Source: a virus (Duplodnaviria > Caudoviricetes). From it: 57,430 bases of DNA. The notes under the pieces are model-generated. The model was given only the letters and a program-made list of their open reading frames with translations, was not told where the DNA came from and searched no databases. This document shows positions 45,030 to 54,852 of this stretch, in pieces (position 1 is the stretch's first letter; every line of letters begins with the position of its first letter). The stretch covers positions 1-57,430 of IMG/VR virus record IMGVR_UViG_3300047557_002126, one strand, 5' to 3'. A program made the translations under genes and the position numbers.

Positions 45030-45059
45030 TGTTTAAGCTTTTTATGTATTTTAAAACAG

Positions 45060-45716
45060 TTATTCGTCAAGTTGCATTTTTGCCCACACACTCATCGAAG
45101 CTTCATGCAATGGACCTTCAATTGGATCATCCTTAAAGATTGCCATAAGTTCACGCATTGCACGGTCGGCACCGGCCATGAGTAAGCCTTTGCGATCTTT
45201 CATGGATGTAAATGATTCAACCTGTGCAATAGTGCTGCGCAATTCTTTTTGCATCGAGGCAATACGTGCTACACCCACATCACGCTTGACGACATAATTC
45301 TCAATGTCTTCCCTGAGTTTTCTAATGTCCTCCTGCATCTCTCCAATTTCCATCAGGAGAGTTTTGCGGTGATCAGGCTTAGGATATTTTTGTTTTAACC
45401 AGGCGTCGCAGTAAGAAATCTCTCCGCGATAGCCAAGAAATCGCGCATAAAGATAACACTCCACAACAGAGTAGTTATCCTTGGCAAAGCAAAGAAATGA
45501 CTCTTGGGTAGAAGAGTCAAGATTATCTACCCAAGAATAAAAAATTTTAGAATCTATATCCTCGCTGGGACTGCTGGTAATCCCGTTCTTCGTCGCGTTG
45601 CTTAAACTCTTGGGCTTGAGTGGTTCCTGCCCGAGCTTCTTCTGCTCCCTTTGCGATGGTTGCACGTTCTTGTTCTCCCTTATACTTGGCTGCTTTTTCG
45701 CCAAATTCGGCGCCAA
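45060..45716 (-). CDS. helical protein, possible terminase small subunit (start uncertain)
   Basis: YLYARFL...QKELR...DRKGLL.AGADRA.REL; upstream of terL; no in-frame ATG before the core. Confidence 0.55.
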   Translation of the reverse strand: MAPNLAKKQPSIRENKNVQPSQREQKKLGQEPLKPKSLSNATKNGITSSPSEDIDSKIFYSWVDNLDSSTQESFLCFAKDNYSVVECYLYARFLGYRGEISYCDAWLKQKYPKPDHRKTLLMEIGEMQEDIRKLREDIENYVVKRDVGVARIASMQKELRSTIAQVESFTSMKDRKGLLMAGADRAMRELMAIFKDDPIEGPLHEASMSVWAKMQLDE

Positions 45717-45924
45717 GTTCTAAAGTAGCACGTGCTTCATCTGTGGTGCCGCCGTAATAACGATCTGCAGCTTCTTTTTTCAGACGCGATTTAGTTGCGT
45801 CATCAAGGCTGGTGTCTGCATCAATGTCAGAAATGCGGCTTTGATAATCACCGCGATTTTTCTGGTAATTGTATGCAGCACCAGCGGCGTCACGATAAGC
45901 CTGCAGGCGTTCTTCGTCGGACAT
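45547..45924 (-). CDS. putative internal virion protein
   Basis: Charged helical ORF. Confidence 0.7.
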   Translation of the reverse strand: MSDEERLQAYRDAAGAAYNYQKNRGDYQSRISDIDADTSLDDATKSRLKKEAADRYYGGTTDEARATLELGAEFGEKAAKYKGEQERATIAKGAEEARAGTTQAQEFKQRDEERDYQQSQRGYRF

Positions 45925-45934
45925 TTTAAAGGAA

Positions 45935-46195
45935 TTAGAAGTTGCTCATCATGCCAGCAAGACCACCGGCCATGATGTCACGGCGACCTTCCACAGACTT
46001 CTGACGCTGTTGCTTCATCTTGGAGCCTTCCAGGCGGCCCAGGAGGCCTTCAAATTCAGCCATATTAAAACTGGAAGGGGTATAAGCAGACTCAAACAGA
46101 CGCTTGCGCTGTTCGGCTTTGGTTGCTTCATCAACACCACCGGCTCTATTGATTTCAGCAAGAAGGCGGTTGTATTCTCCCGAAGACATTGTCAT
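45935..46195 (-). CDS. putative internal virion protein
   Basis: ORF track; AAGGA SD. Confidence 0.7.
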   Translation of the reverse strand: MTMSSGEYNRLLAEINRAGGVDEATKAEQRKRLFESAYTPSSFNMAEFEGLLGRLEGSKMKQQRQKSVEGRRDIMAGGLAGMMSNF

Positions 46196-46255
46196 TGGTT
46201 TAATCCTTACTTATTTAACGGACTAAATAAATTATAGCAATCTAGATCTAATTTA

Positions 46256-47170
46256 TTACCAGAAGCCAGACGCTAATGCACCATAGATATTGGTCTTAGA
46301 AGAAATTTCCGCAACTTCACGGGTGCCTTTATTTTTAATTTTTTGTATGTCGGAATCAATCTGACCTTGCAACTTAGTTAAACCAGCGTTATAAGCAAAC
46401 TCATCACGTTGACGTAGCTTTTGTTGCATATTTTCAATTTCTGCAACACTTCCAGTAAAGGAAGAAGGCATTGCGCCAAATTTAAGCCCGACCGTTTTTT
46501 CAAGATCCGGATCAAGAGCAGGAGAAAAACCTGTGCCTGTTGAGATGGTATAACGACCTGTACTTTTGTACCAGTCAGGTGCACCCTCTTGGCCCTTGAC
46601 AAGTTCTTTCTCGCTGGGACCAAAATAACTGCGATAGTAATTTTCTAGATAGCTACCACCAACTTTTTCTTTATATTCATCGCTAGCTTTAATTGAAGTA
46701 CCAATAGCATCAATATCAAGCTTGCCACCAGACTTTTGAATTTCGTCCAGACGTGTTTTAAGTTCTTGATCAGATGCTTTGCGTCCAAGGAGATCCTGGA
46801 ACGCTCGCTGAACCAGCGTTTCGCGTTGCGTTGGCAGCTGCTCTAATGTGTATTGCTCAATGCCAGCAAGTTGCCCGGAAACATCACCGGCTTCAAGTCC
46901 GTACTTTTGTTGGAATTTTTCAAGTTCTTCCTTAGCCCGATCGGCAGTTAAAGCACCGGACTTAAGTTGTTGCTGATAAAGATTTGAATATTGGCCAAGA
47001 TTTTGAAGACCCGTTGTGCGTAAGTTTGCTTTACGTGTTGCTTCCGCCAGTTCTTCTTGGTCTTTTTTATCTCTTGCGTATTGAATATCTTTTGCAAGTT
47101 CAGCATAATATGCACGCTGTTCTGCGCTTTCTTTAGGAGCTTCTACAGTTGTACGTCCGCCGCCACCCAT
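46256..47170 (-). CDS. putative internal virion protein
   Basis: MGGGG start; F..LLGR.A...E motif; helical. Confidence 0.7.
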   Translation of the reverse strand: MGGGGRTTVEAPKESAEQRAYYAELAKDIQYARDKKDQEELAEATRKANLRTTGLQNLGQYSNLYQQQLKSGALTADRAKEELEKFQQKYGLEAGDVSGQLAGIEQYTLEQLPTQRETLVQRAFQDLLGRKASDQELKTRLDEIQKSGGKLDIDAIGTSIKASDEYKEKVGGSYLENYYRSYFGPSEKELVKGQEGAPDWYKSTGRYTISTGTGFSPALDPDLEKTVGLKFGAMPSSFTGSVAEIENMQQKLRQRDEFAYNAGLTKLQGQIDSDIQKIKNKGTREVAEISSKTNIYGALASGFW

Positions 47171-47197
47171 TTGTTTTCTCTATTGCTTTAATCTATT

Positions 47198-47788
47198 TTA
47201 TGCTGATTGCATCCAGGCTGGATTTGAGTAGCGTGATGCATTGAACACAGGTGCACCAAACATTGCATCTGTGATTGCACGGCGTTCTGCTGCACTTTCT
47301 GCCAAAGCGCCCGCCCTGCGGCGTGCGGAGAGTTCTCGACCTTCTGGCGACAACTCATCACGGAAAGCCTGAAGAGTATCTTCAGAACGAATCATGCGCT
47401 CTTGCGGAGCAAAGAAAAGATTTTCATATTCCCGCGCACGTTTTTGACGTTGGTATTCATACTCAGGTAAAGAAACCTGACCCCATTGATTCGTTTGGGC
47501 ACCACGGAAAGCTGCCTGCATAGCAGCTTCGGCTTGCATTTTGCCAAGGTCTGCGGCAAGTTGCCGGTTTGCAGCTTCCTGCCGACCGCCAAAAATACCA
47601 CCGAGTACACTGCTGCCTAATGTGGCTGCAGCCATGAATGGAAATGCCATACCTGATGCTCCTGATGTGCCCTTAGCAGCGTCTAAACTTTTAATGCCAC
47701 TGAGTTTTAAATTGGCTCCAGTGCCAAAATCTATTCCCGAGAATGGGGAACCACTGAAACTATTATAAAACTCATTACCTGTGGCCAT
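47198..47788 (-). CDS. DNA-pilot-like internal virion protein
   Basis: Hydrophobic AAATLGSSVLGGIFGG followed by Q/A-rich coiled coil. Confidence 0.65.
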   Translation of the reverse strand: MATGNEFYNSFSGSPFSGIDFGTGANLKLSGIKSLDAAKGTSGASGMAFPFMAAATLGSSVLGGIFGGRQEAANRQLAADLGKMQAEAAMQAAFRGAQTNQWGQVSLPEYEYQRQKRAREYENLFFAPQERMIRSEDTLQAFRDELSPEGRELSARRRAGALAESAAERRAITDAMFGAPVFNASRYSNPAWMQSA

Positions 47789-47792
47789 TTAA

Positions 47793-48263
47793 TTAAAAGT
47801 AACGTTGACCAACTTGTGGAGCAACCCGTGGCACCGCTTGTAATCCAGCAAGATATGCATTACCAATGTTACCAATGGCTTGACCCATATAATCAGGGCT
47901 TACACCATAGCCACCAAACGCTGCCCGAGCAGCCTGGCCCAAGTTGCCAATGGTGTCATTAATCATGCGATAACGCATTTGTTGCTCACCGCGTGCTTTG
48001 TCAAATTCAAGTTGTTGCTCCAGGATTTCACGGCGTCCCTTAGGAGACATTGCGTAAGCCTGTTGTTCAACAATTGGTCGGAACATCCCTGCAAACTCAG
48101 CATCGGGATTCATCGCGCCAGTTAAAAATTGACCGACAGCTTTTTCTTTTACAGTGTCAGGAATTTTATCCGTACCACCGTATAAAGTGCCGACTTCATC
48201 AAGGATGGACTTCCAGCGTCCAGCTTGAGGTATTTGAGGTTGTTGTACTGGCATGATGCTCAT
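47793..48263 (-). CDS. putative internal virion protein
   Basis: ORF track; AGGAGG SD. Confidence 0.7.
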   Translation of the reverse strand: MSIMPVQQPQIPQAGRWKSILDEVGTLYGGTDKIPDTVKEKAVGQFLTGAMNPDAEFAGMFRPIVEQQAYAMSPKGRREILEQQLEFDKARGEQQMRYRMINDTIGNLGQAARAAFGGYGVSPDYMGQAIGNIGNAYLAGLQAVPRVAPQVGQRYF

Positions 48264-48275
48264 AGCAACCTCCTA

Positions 48276-49040
48276 TCAGCCCATAGGGCCGCGAATAGCA
48301 CCGGTCTGAAGCACGGAATTTGCGTAGGGGTTAGAGGTAAGCATCTGACCTGTCAGAGCGCCACCAATATTCATGGCTTGGCCAGCAAGTTGCATGCCAC
48401 CAAGGTTACGCTGCAGTTGGGCGGTGAGACCAGCAAGCTGTTGGTTCATCTGCATCTGACGACCCACATCCCGATCCTTCATTTTATTGACCACCTGGTA
48501 ACTACGCTCCATGGCTTCGGCTGGTGCGTTAACACCTAACTGTTTTAAAGCCATAAACTGATTGTATTCCTGCTGGGACATACCACCCAGGCCAGCTTCT
48601 TTGCCTGTACCAGCAGCAGTGCCAGCTTCGCGTTGAGTACCTGCAATTGCTGCTGCGGCGTCACCAACAGCTGCCTGTGTACCACCAACTAATTGACCAA
48701 GTCCACCCTGTACACCACGGCCAAGCTGAGCACCAACACTGCCACTAAGAAGGCTACCGCCAATCTGTGCGCCTAAACGGAGATAGGGATTGCCAATGCC
48801 AGAAGTAAGACCACCAAGTAACTTACCTCCAACAACCGTACCCACACCTGCGCCAATACCACCGGCAAGATCACCTTGAAGAGCAGAAGAAACCGCAGTT
48901 GCCGCGCCAGCACCATACCGTGCGCCTTTAGTATCAACTGCAGTGTTTACGGCACCGCCTAGAAGATTTAACAAATTTTGAAAAAGTCCCGGATCTGCCG
49001 ATGTAGTCCCAGGGGGCAGTTGGGGTGTACCTTGGGCCAT
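48276..49040 (-). CDS. Gly-zipper putative internal virion protein
   Basis: GxxxG-rich hydrophobic segments and Q/M-rich C terminus. Confidence 0.7.
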   Translation of the reverse strand: MAQGTPQLPPGTTSADPGLFQNLLNLLGGAVNTAVDTKGARYGAGAATAVSSALQGDLAGGIGAGVGTVVGGKLLGGLTSGIGNPYLRLGAQIGGSLLSGSVGAQLGRGVQGGLGQLVGGTQAAVGDAAAAIAGTQREAGTAAGTGKEAGLGGMSQQEYNQFMALKQLGVNAPAEAMERSYQVVNKMKDRDVGRQMQMNQQLAGLTAQLQRNLGGMQLAGQAMNIGGALTGQMLTSNPYANSVLQTGAIRGPMG

Positions 49041-49074
49041 GAATACGTATTATTTTCTTGGTACTTTAATTTTA

Positions 49075-50052
49075 TCAGCTTATATTTTGATCGTATTGAG
49101 TTGTAGAAGGATAGGTAGGACGATTGGCGCGGGCAATAACTTCATTGGCTACGTTGCCAAGAAGTACACCACCAACAGAACCAGCAAGTCCTGCAACAGC
49201 TCCACGAACTAAACGCTGTGCTGGGGTGCCAGTGCGTGGCATTTGTGTGTCGCGTTTTAAAGATGCTTTTGCCGCAAGAGAGCCACCAACAAAACCTCCT
49301 GCCATCGGCAAGTTGGCAGGGAAACCAAGAAGTCTTAATTCAGGTTTGCCTTCCAAGTTCTCCATTGTTCCCTTGACAACACCAAGGCCAAGCAACCCTT
49401 TATCTTGGTACAAGAATTGTTGATAATTTGCGTAACGTTCTGGCGTTAAATCAGGAATTTCTTGTTTAGCCGTTTCGTATTTTAATGGGTCGCCGGTACG
49501 TCCCAAGAAGAAACGCTCGAATAATTCTGGACCTGCTTGCGTAGTTGTACGCCGATCTTCTGCACCAACTTCTGCATAACGTTGTGCATAACCTTTAGGA
49601 CGAAATTGTTCGTCGGGATTTGTAATATCGTAAGTACCAGCGGCTGCGATAGCAGGGAATGCAATGCCTGCCTGCACCAGGGCCTTGCCTGTTGGAGAAG
49701 CCGTGTACTTCCCCATATATTTGTCACTTAAAGCTTGAGAAATTGCAAGGGGATGATTGTATCGCCAGAAATATGTGCGCGTGCCATCATTGGCTACATC
49801 AACAAGTAAGCGCGATGAATATGCACCAAGGAATTCAGCGGGATTTTCTTTGAAGGAAACACCTTGTCCCCTGACAGCCTGGCGATAACGAGGATCAAGA
49901 ATACTCTGGCCGTAACCTGTCGTGCGAATTAATTGGCGTTGAGCGGCATCTGCTTTACGCAGACCCGACGCATAGCTTTGCGCAAAAGGTTGAACCTTTT
50001 CGGCAATATTATGAGCAATATCAGTCAGGCCTTGGGCTGCGCGGGCAAACAT
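49075..50052 (-). CDS. hypothetical protein with Gly-zipper C terminus
   Basis: ORF track; TAATG coupling. Confidence 0.75.
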   Translation of the reverse strand: MFARAAQGLTDIAHNIAEKVQPFAQSYASGLRKADAAQRQLIRTTGYGQSILDPRYRQAVRGQGVSFKENPAEFLGAYSSRLLVDVANDGTRTYFWRYNHPLAISQALSDKYMGKYTASPTGKALVQAGIAFPAIAAAGTYDITNPDEQFRPKGYAQRYAEVGAEDRRTTTQAGPELFERFFLGRTGDPLKYETAKQEIPDLTPERYANYQQFLYQDKGLLGLGVVKGTMENLEGKPELRLLGFPANLPMAGGFVGGSLAAKASLKRDTQMPRTGTPAQRLVRGAVAGLAGSVGGVLLGNVANEVIARANRPTYPSTTQYDQNIS

Positions 50053-50717
50053 TAGATTGCACCTCGTGATAAACCGTAGGGATCCAAAACGTTCGGAGGG
50101 ATATAAGATGCTTGACCAGTCACTGCACGTTCGGGCAGACCTTGAAGTTGGAATTGCGTTCCAGGGACATTCATTTCCTGCTGGAGATTATTAACTGCAA
50201 TGCGTTGGGCGTCTTGTTGGGTGGCAACCTGTTGTTGACCTTGCGGCTGGTAAGGTTTTTGCATGCCCGCCATGATCATTGAACTTGCAATCGGCGTAAG
50301 CGTAAGGGCAACATCTTGCGCCATTGATGGCCTATAAATTTTGTCTGTAACTGTTTCGCCTTTGCGATTAACATGGGTCAGCATCCCAAGGCGCCCTGGA
50401 GCAAACCTACCTGCCAAAGCAAGACCGCCTGCACCTAATCCCAGATCAAGGGCTGTAGCACCAGCAGCTTGGAGAGGATCTCCTGTTCCAGCCAAAGTAA
50501 GGCCACCTGTTACCAAGGCATTTGGAAGCAGTACTTCGGCAATCTGACGTGCGCCTGTTCCAGCCAAAGGTTGTGCCGCCTGTGCAACATTACGCACTTG
50601 CGATACGCCAGGGCCAGAAACGCTGACCTGTTGAATAGGGGGCGTACCAATACCTACGCGTCCCAAACGGGTCTTAAGTGAATTAAGTGCCGTATTAAGA
50701 GAGGCGCGTAGGCTCAT
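50052..50717 (-). CDS. hypothetical protein
   Basis: ORF track; AAGGA SD. Confidence 0.7.
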   Translation of the reverse strand: MSLRASLNTALNSLKTRLGRVGIGTPPIQQVSVSGPGVSQVRNVAQAAQPLAGTGARQIAEVLLPNALVTGGLTLAGTGDPLQAAGATALDLGLGAGGLALAGRFAPGRLGMLTHVNRKGETVTDKIYRPSMAQDVALTLTPIASSMIMAGMQKPYQPQGQQQVATQQDAQRIAVNNLQQEMNVPGTQFQLQGLPERAVTGQASYIPPNVLDPYGLSRGAI

Positions 50718-50754
50718 ATCAACATCCTTTTAATTGATTATATTTCAAGCAAAT

Positions 50755-51348
50755 TTATGCTTGCTGCTGTTCTTTTTCTTCGACTTTTGCACCGGCCTCT
50801 TCGTTTTGTTTAGCTGTAAACTCTTTTGACTTAACAACTTGTTCAGCCGTTGGTTCCGCGCCGGTATCTTCTTCTGCTTGTTTTTGTGCTCGCATGGCAA
50901 GAAAGTTTTGCGGATCTGGATTATTAATGTTTGGCATTGTTTTTGCCAGATCGTCTTCTGGGTTGCGAACTGGACTTAGTAAATACTTTTCAACCCACAG
51001 TTGATTAAAATCTGGATCTTCTTTAAATGACCTTGTAATAGGGCGACCGGTATCAAAGTCGTAACCATTTTCTGGATCATCAGGATTAAAACGTCCCAGG
51101 CCAATAAAGCCCTCTGTTTTTTGTGGATCTTCAGGATCAACAAAACCCTTTCGTGGGTTAAGAATGCGCTCCCTGGATTTAACGCGATTTACAAAATCTG
51201 ACGAAGTAAAATGCCCGTAGTTCCAGGGGGATTCCTGGCCTACTTTTTTGGCTGATACGTCAAATAATTCTTTGAAGTTTAATTTGGTTTTGCGGTTAAA
51301 AGTACCGTCAAAATATTGAGCTGCCTCTAGGCGTGCGTCTCTGGGCAT
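50755..51348 (-). CDS. hypothetical protein
   Basis: ORF track. Confidence 0.7.
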   Translation of the reverse strand: MPRDARLEAAQYFDGTFNRKTKLNFKELFDVSAKKVGQESPWNYGHFTSSDFVNRVKSRERILNPRKGFVDPEDPQKTEGFIGLGRFNPDDPENGYDFDTGRPITRSFKEDPDFNQLWVEKYLLSPVRNPEDDLAKTMPNINNPDPQNFLAMRAQKQAEEDTGAEPTAEQVVKSKEFTAKQNEEAGAKVEEKEQQQA

Positions 51349-51351
51349 GGT

Positions 51352-51567
51352 TTATTTTTTCTCTTGTTTTTTCTTGCCGTGTAATCCTACCAACGTCTTG
51401 CGAAGGTTTGCCTGCTTCACTGTTTTTTCATCATATTTTTCAGGATTTGACAGAACGTTTTCCTGAAGCTGTGCAGTGGTAATGCCTTTCTTTTTGGCTT
51501 TAGCAGTGAAGGCGCCTTCCTTCATCTGCATGCCTTGAATCCACTTTTTCTTTTTCTTTTCAGCCAT
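51352..51567 (-). CDS. small basic phage protein (KWIQ....K.GAF...Q..L..TL)
   Basis: Pattern of a common lysine-rich phage micro-protein. Confidence 0.75.
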   Translation of the reverse strand: MAEKKKKKWIQGMQMKEGAFTAKAKKKGITTAQLQENVLSNPEKYDEKTVKQANLRKTLVGLHGKKKQEKK

Positions 51568-51594
51568 TATGTTTTCTAAGTTTTTTTTATTTTA

Positions 51595-54465
51595 TCAAGG
51601 CTCAGCGCGATAAGTCCTCATAGGACCACCACGCCTAAATGCGGAACGCATTAAATCATTCTGCCAATCTTCTCCGCCAATTCCATAACGAGGAATGTTG
51701 GTTGCAATGTTGCCAGAGTAATCAGGTGCTTGGCGAAGCGGTGTCATATGGGGATATGCGATACGCTGACCAATCGATGTTGGTTGGATGATTTGTTTGC
51801 CGCCAGCACCAATGATTGGATCTTCGTAATAACCACCGACACGAGATAAACCAGGTGATTGTGTCAGAGGACCAATGGGAGAAGGCTCTTGGCCTGTAAT
51901 AAATTGTGTTTGTGGAAGTTGGCTGTAATAACGAGCTTTCTCTCCACGGCGAGTCAGATCCATTGTTCCAGGGCGTGCACCAATATCCCTACTAGCAGGA
52001 ACGGGCTTGCTTGGTGTCTGAAGCGTTGCAATTACGGTGCCGCCTGGCATGTCACCAATGAATGGGCTGATGGGTGCAGCAACACTCCGGCCTGGGCGAT
52101 ACTGGGAGTAATTAGTGCGCTTGCTGGGTTCTTGGCCGGGAAGTCCCAGGGATCCTGCCAAGCTTAAAGGAGAAACACGCGGACCATATTGTGGAGGAAT
52201 AACAGGACCTGGTTCACGGGCAGGAGTAACATATGGAGCTGGTGTACTAATTGCTTTTTGCTGCAGACCACCAGCAAGAGCATCAGCTAAGAAATTTTGT
52301 GCATTCTGTTCAACTTGTGCGGCAATAGCACGATTACGCGGTGTACCAGCAACGTTATAAACAGTGCCAATAACATCAGGATTGTCCTGAGTTAGATACC
52401 TGCGTCCAGTAGCGGTTTCAACTGCACCTGTAATGCGAGGGCCACGGATAACACTATTGGCTTTACTCTTTCCAGTAAAGATAACAGGGCCTGCTGCTTC
52501 GGCGGCGGCACCGGTATAAACGTCGGGAGCGCCAAGGATTGGGCCGATGTCTCCTTTTTCTTCCGAAACGTAGCCTGTACGTAATTGTTGAACAGAAGGA
52601 AATTCAGGCAGCGGCTCAGAGGGTTCAACACTCATGCCACGGCGCAATGTCTCCATGGCCCGAGCAACATCTTGTGCAGGACCAGGGGCAAGTGTTGGGC
52701 GTTGATTACGAGCCTGATTAAGGATTTGGCGCGAGAGATCAACAGAAGCCTGGGCGCGTTCCAGAGCACTTAATTGAAGTTGAGTTGGCTCTACGTTGTA
52801 GGTTGCACGTGAGCGTAATACTTCAGACGCAAGGCGAGCAGTGTCTGCTTCCAGGGGGGTACGCGGCTGGTTGCTTGCAAAAGCTTGTTGATTTTTTTGA
52901 AGGATGTAAGTTAACTCTTCATCAGAAGCTTCGCGCAAACGATTGAGAGTCCGAGCTTTTTCTTCGAATTGTGGACCTTGTTCTTGGCGTGCTTTTAAAC
53001 CGGTATCTGCAGAAGCAAAGCGTCCAGCTTCGTCAAGGTAAGCAATGTCACCTGTAATGCCAGGCTTGCCACCACGTAGCTGCCTGCCACGCATGGTGGT
53101 TTCAATTGGGGCAATCCCACCAGTCAGGAGAGATTCAATATCCTCACCAATTTCACGTGTTTCTTCACCACGTAGTTCTGCTCGTTGGCGAGCGTTATCA
53201 ACTAACGCAAGTTGATCATTTAATTCTTCTCGATATTGTTTATTAAATTCAGCTGCAAATTCCTGTGGCGATGCTTGAGGGCTCACTTGCTGGCCTTCAA
53301 GTTTAATTTCGTCCAGGATTTGATTGGCTTGATTACGCAGTGCTAAAGCACGACGAATGCGTTGATTGACTTGTTGGGTTTGAATTGCATTTTCAGCAGA
53401 GTAGTCATAATCGAGATCAATTTCTTGTGCGCGGAGATAACGTTTGCCTTGCTCAACAAGTTGGTTGATACGACCTTCACCTTCAGCCTGGTCAACCGGA
53501 AGTCCATCAGTAAGAGATGCTGCCACTTGATTGATAGGCTCATCCTGCTCCATGCCTTGGATACGGCTTTGCTCAGCCATTTCCTCCAGAAGATCTACTT
53601 GACTCATGTCAAGATCTTCGTTGCGTTGGAGTTGTGACTTAACACGACCAGTCATCTGGTCTTCTGCAGAACCAATTGCGTTTGCAATTTGATCATTTAA
53701 AAATGACTGGGCGTTTTGCTGTTTTGTTACCAGAGATTCCGGCTTAACTTGCTCAACAGCAACAATTGGGGCGGTTTCAGTTGCAGCTTCAGTTAAATAT
53801 CCGGCAGGAGTACCGGTTTTTTGGAAATAACCCGCAATAAAATCTTTGGCGCCGGGAAGTTGACGCTCTGCTGCGGTTGGTGTGATATCAGAGACCGCAA
53901 CTTCGGTGATTTCAGCCGGAACAATGCCAGCTTGACGGGGAGTACGGGTAATTTCACCGCCAGGCTCCCGGCCACGCAGTAAGCCACGGGGTTCTGTACC
54001 AGGGAGTTGGCTGATATCAGCTAATTGCACCCCACCACGGCGGGATCCAGCTGGCCGTGGGGTTGGTGTGGGGGCAGCAGTGGAAGTTGGGGCTGGACGA
54101 GACGGTGCAGGACGCGACGGCGGGGGTTGAGTGCGTCCTGCGGCGCGATAAACGTTCCCAAGATCCTCAAAATCAACCTCTTGTACACCTTGGGCTGCAG
54201 CACGACCCACATTGCCCATCCGTACGCCACCACGGCGACCTAGTGCACGTAAGCCAAGGACACCAAGACCGGCTGCTGCTGCACCAAGGCCCAGAGTTTG
54301 GAGGAGATTAGAGGATTCCGCTTGTTTTGTCTCGGGTGATTTGAGTTGATTACGACGCCATTCCGCAACTTGAGGCGCAATACGTGCTTTGGCTTCCGGA
54401 TCTTCCACCACGGGAGTGCCTGTTGCACGACTAAAGGCGTAAAAATCGGCGTCGGATAAAGCCAT
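51595..54465 (-). CDS. large low-complexity putative virion protein, 956 aa
   Basis: Long P/A/Q/R-rich ORF; first gene of the minus-strand block. Confidence 0.75.
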   Translation of the reverse strand: MALSDADFYAFSRATGTPVVEDPEAKARIAPQVAEWRRNQLKSPETKQAESSNLLQTLGLGAAAAGLGVLGLRALGRRGGVRMGNVGRAAAQGVQEVDFEDLGNVYRAAGRTQPPPSRPAPSRPAPTSTAAPTPTPRPAGSRRGGVQLADISQLPGTEPRGLLRGREPGGEITRTPRQAGIVPAEITEVAVSDITPTAAERQLPGAKDFIAGYFQKTGTPAGYLTEAATETAPIVAVEQVKPESLVTKQQNAQSFLNDQIANAIGSAEDQMTGRVKSQLQRNEDLDMSQVDLLEEMAEQSRIQGMEQDEPINQVAASLTDGLPVDQAEGEGRINQLVEQGKRYLRAQEIDLDYDYSAENAIQTQQVNQRIRRALALRNQANQILDEIKLEGQQVSPQASPQEFAAEFNKQYREELNDQLALVDNARQRAELRGEETREIGEDIESLLTGGIAPIETTMRGRQLRGGKPGITGDIAYLDEAGRFASADTGLKARQEQGPQFEEKARTLNRLREASDEELTYILQKNQQAFASNQPRTPLEADTARLASEVLRSRATYNVEPTQLQLSALERAQASVDLSRQILNQARNQRPTLAPGPAQDVARAMETLRRGMSVEPSEPLPEFPSVQQLRTGYVSEEKGDIGPILGAPDVYTGAAAEAAGPVIFTGKSKANSVIRGPRITGAVETATGRRYLTQDNPDVIGTVYNVAGTPRNRAIAAQVEQNAQNFLADALAGGLQQKAISTPAPYVTPAREPGPVIPPQYGPRVSPLSLAGSLGLPGQEPSKRTNYSQYRPGRSVAAPISPFIGDMPGGTVIATLQTPSKPVPASRDIGARPGTMDLTRRGEKARYYSQLPQTQFITGQEPSPIGPLTQSPGLSRVGGYYEDPIIGAGGKQIIQPTSIGQRIAYPHMTPLRQAPDYSGNIATNIPRYGIGGEDWQNDLMRSAFRRGGPMRTYRAEP

Positions 54466-54575
54466 TAGGTTTATTTGTTACTTATTTAGAGCCTTAGGTT
54501 TATTTTATGCGATAAACACCCAAAGAATATAAGGTGTATAGTATATGAAGGATTAAATAAACACGAAAGATCCCG

Positions 54576-54785
54576 ATGAACGACGAGGATCGTCTGAAAA
54601 AAGTAGAAGGTCTGACCGCTATTAAATCCCGTGCGGAAAAAATGGCGACAGAAGGGGCTGATGCTTTTACAGTTCGTGATTTTATTAATGAAGGCGCAAA
54701 GAAACTTGCGTTCCAGCACCCCGATACAGAAGCTTTTCGTAAGGCGGCCGTTGCTGCGGCCCGCCAAGTAAAGAAAAAGATCTAA
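54576..54785 (+). CDS. hypothetical protein
   Basis: ORF track; TATAGT upstream; hairpin and T tract downstream. Confidence 0.7.
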   Translation: MNDEDRLKKVEGLTAIKSRAEKMATEGADAFTVRDFINEGAKKLAFQHPDTEAFRKAAVAAARQVKKKI

Positions 54786-54811
54786 TCAATAATTAAAACA
54801 GAATAACCGAC

Positions 54812-54852
54812 GCGCGATTTTGTCTAAATTCTTGGGCAAAGTCGTGTTTTTA
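54812..54852 (+). terminator. probable terminator
   Basis: GCGATTTTGTCTAA/TTGGGCAAAGTCGT stem with G-U pairs, followed by TTTTT. Confidence 0.5.
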
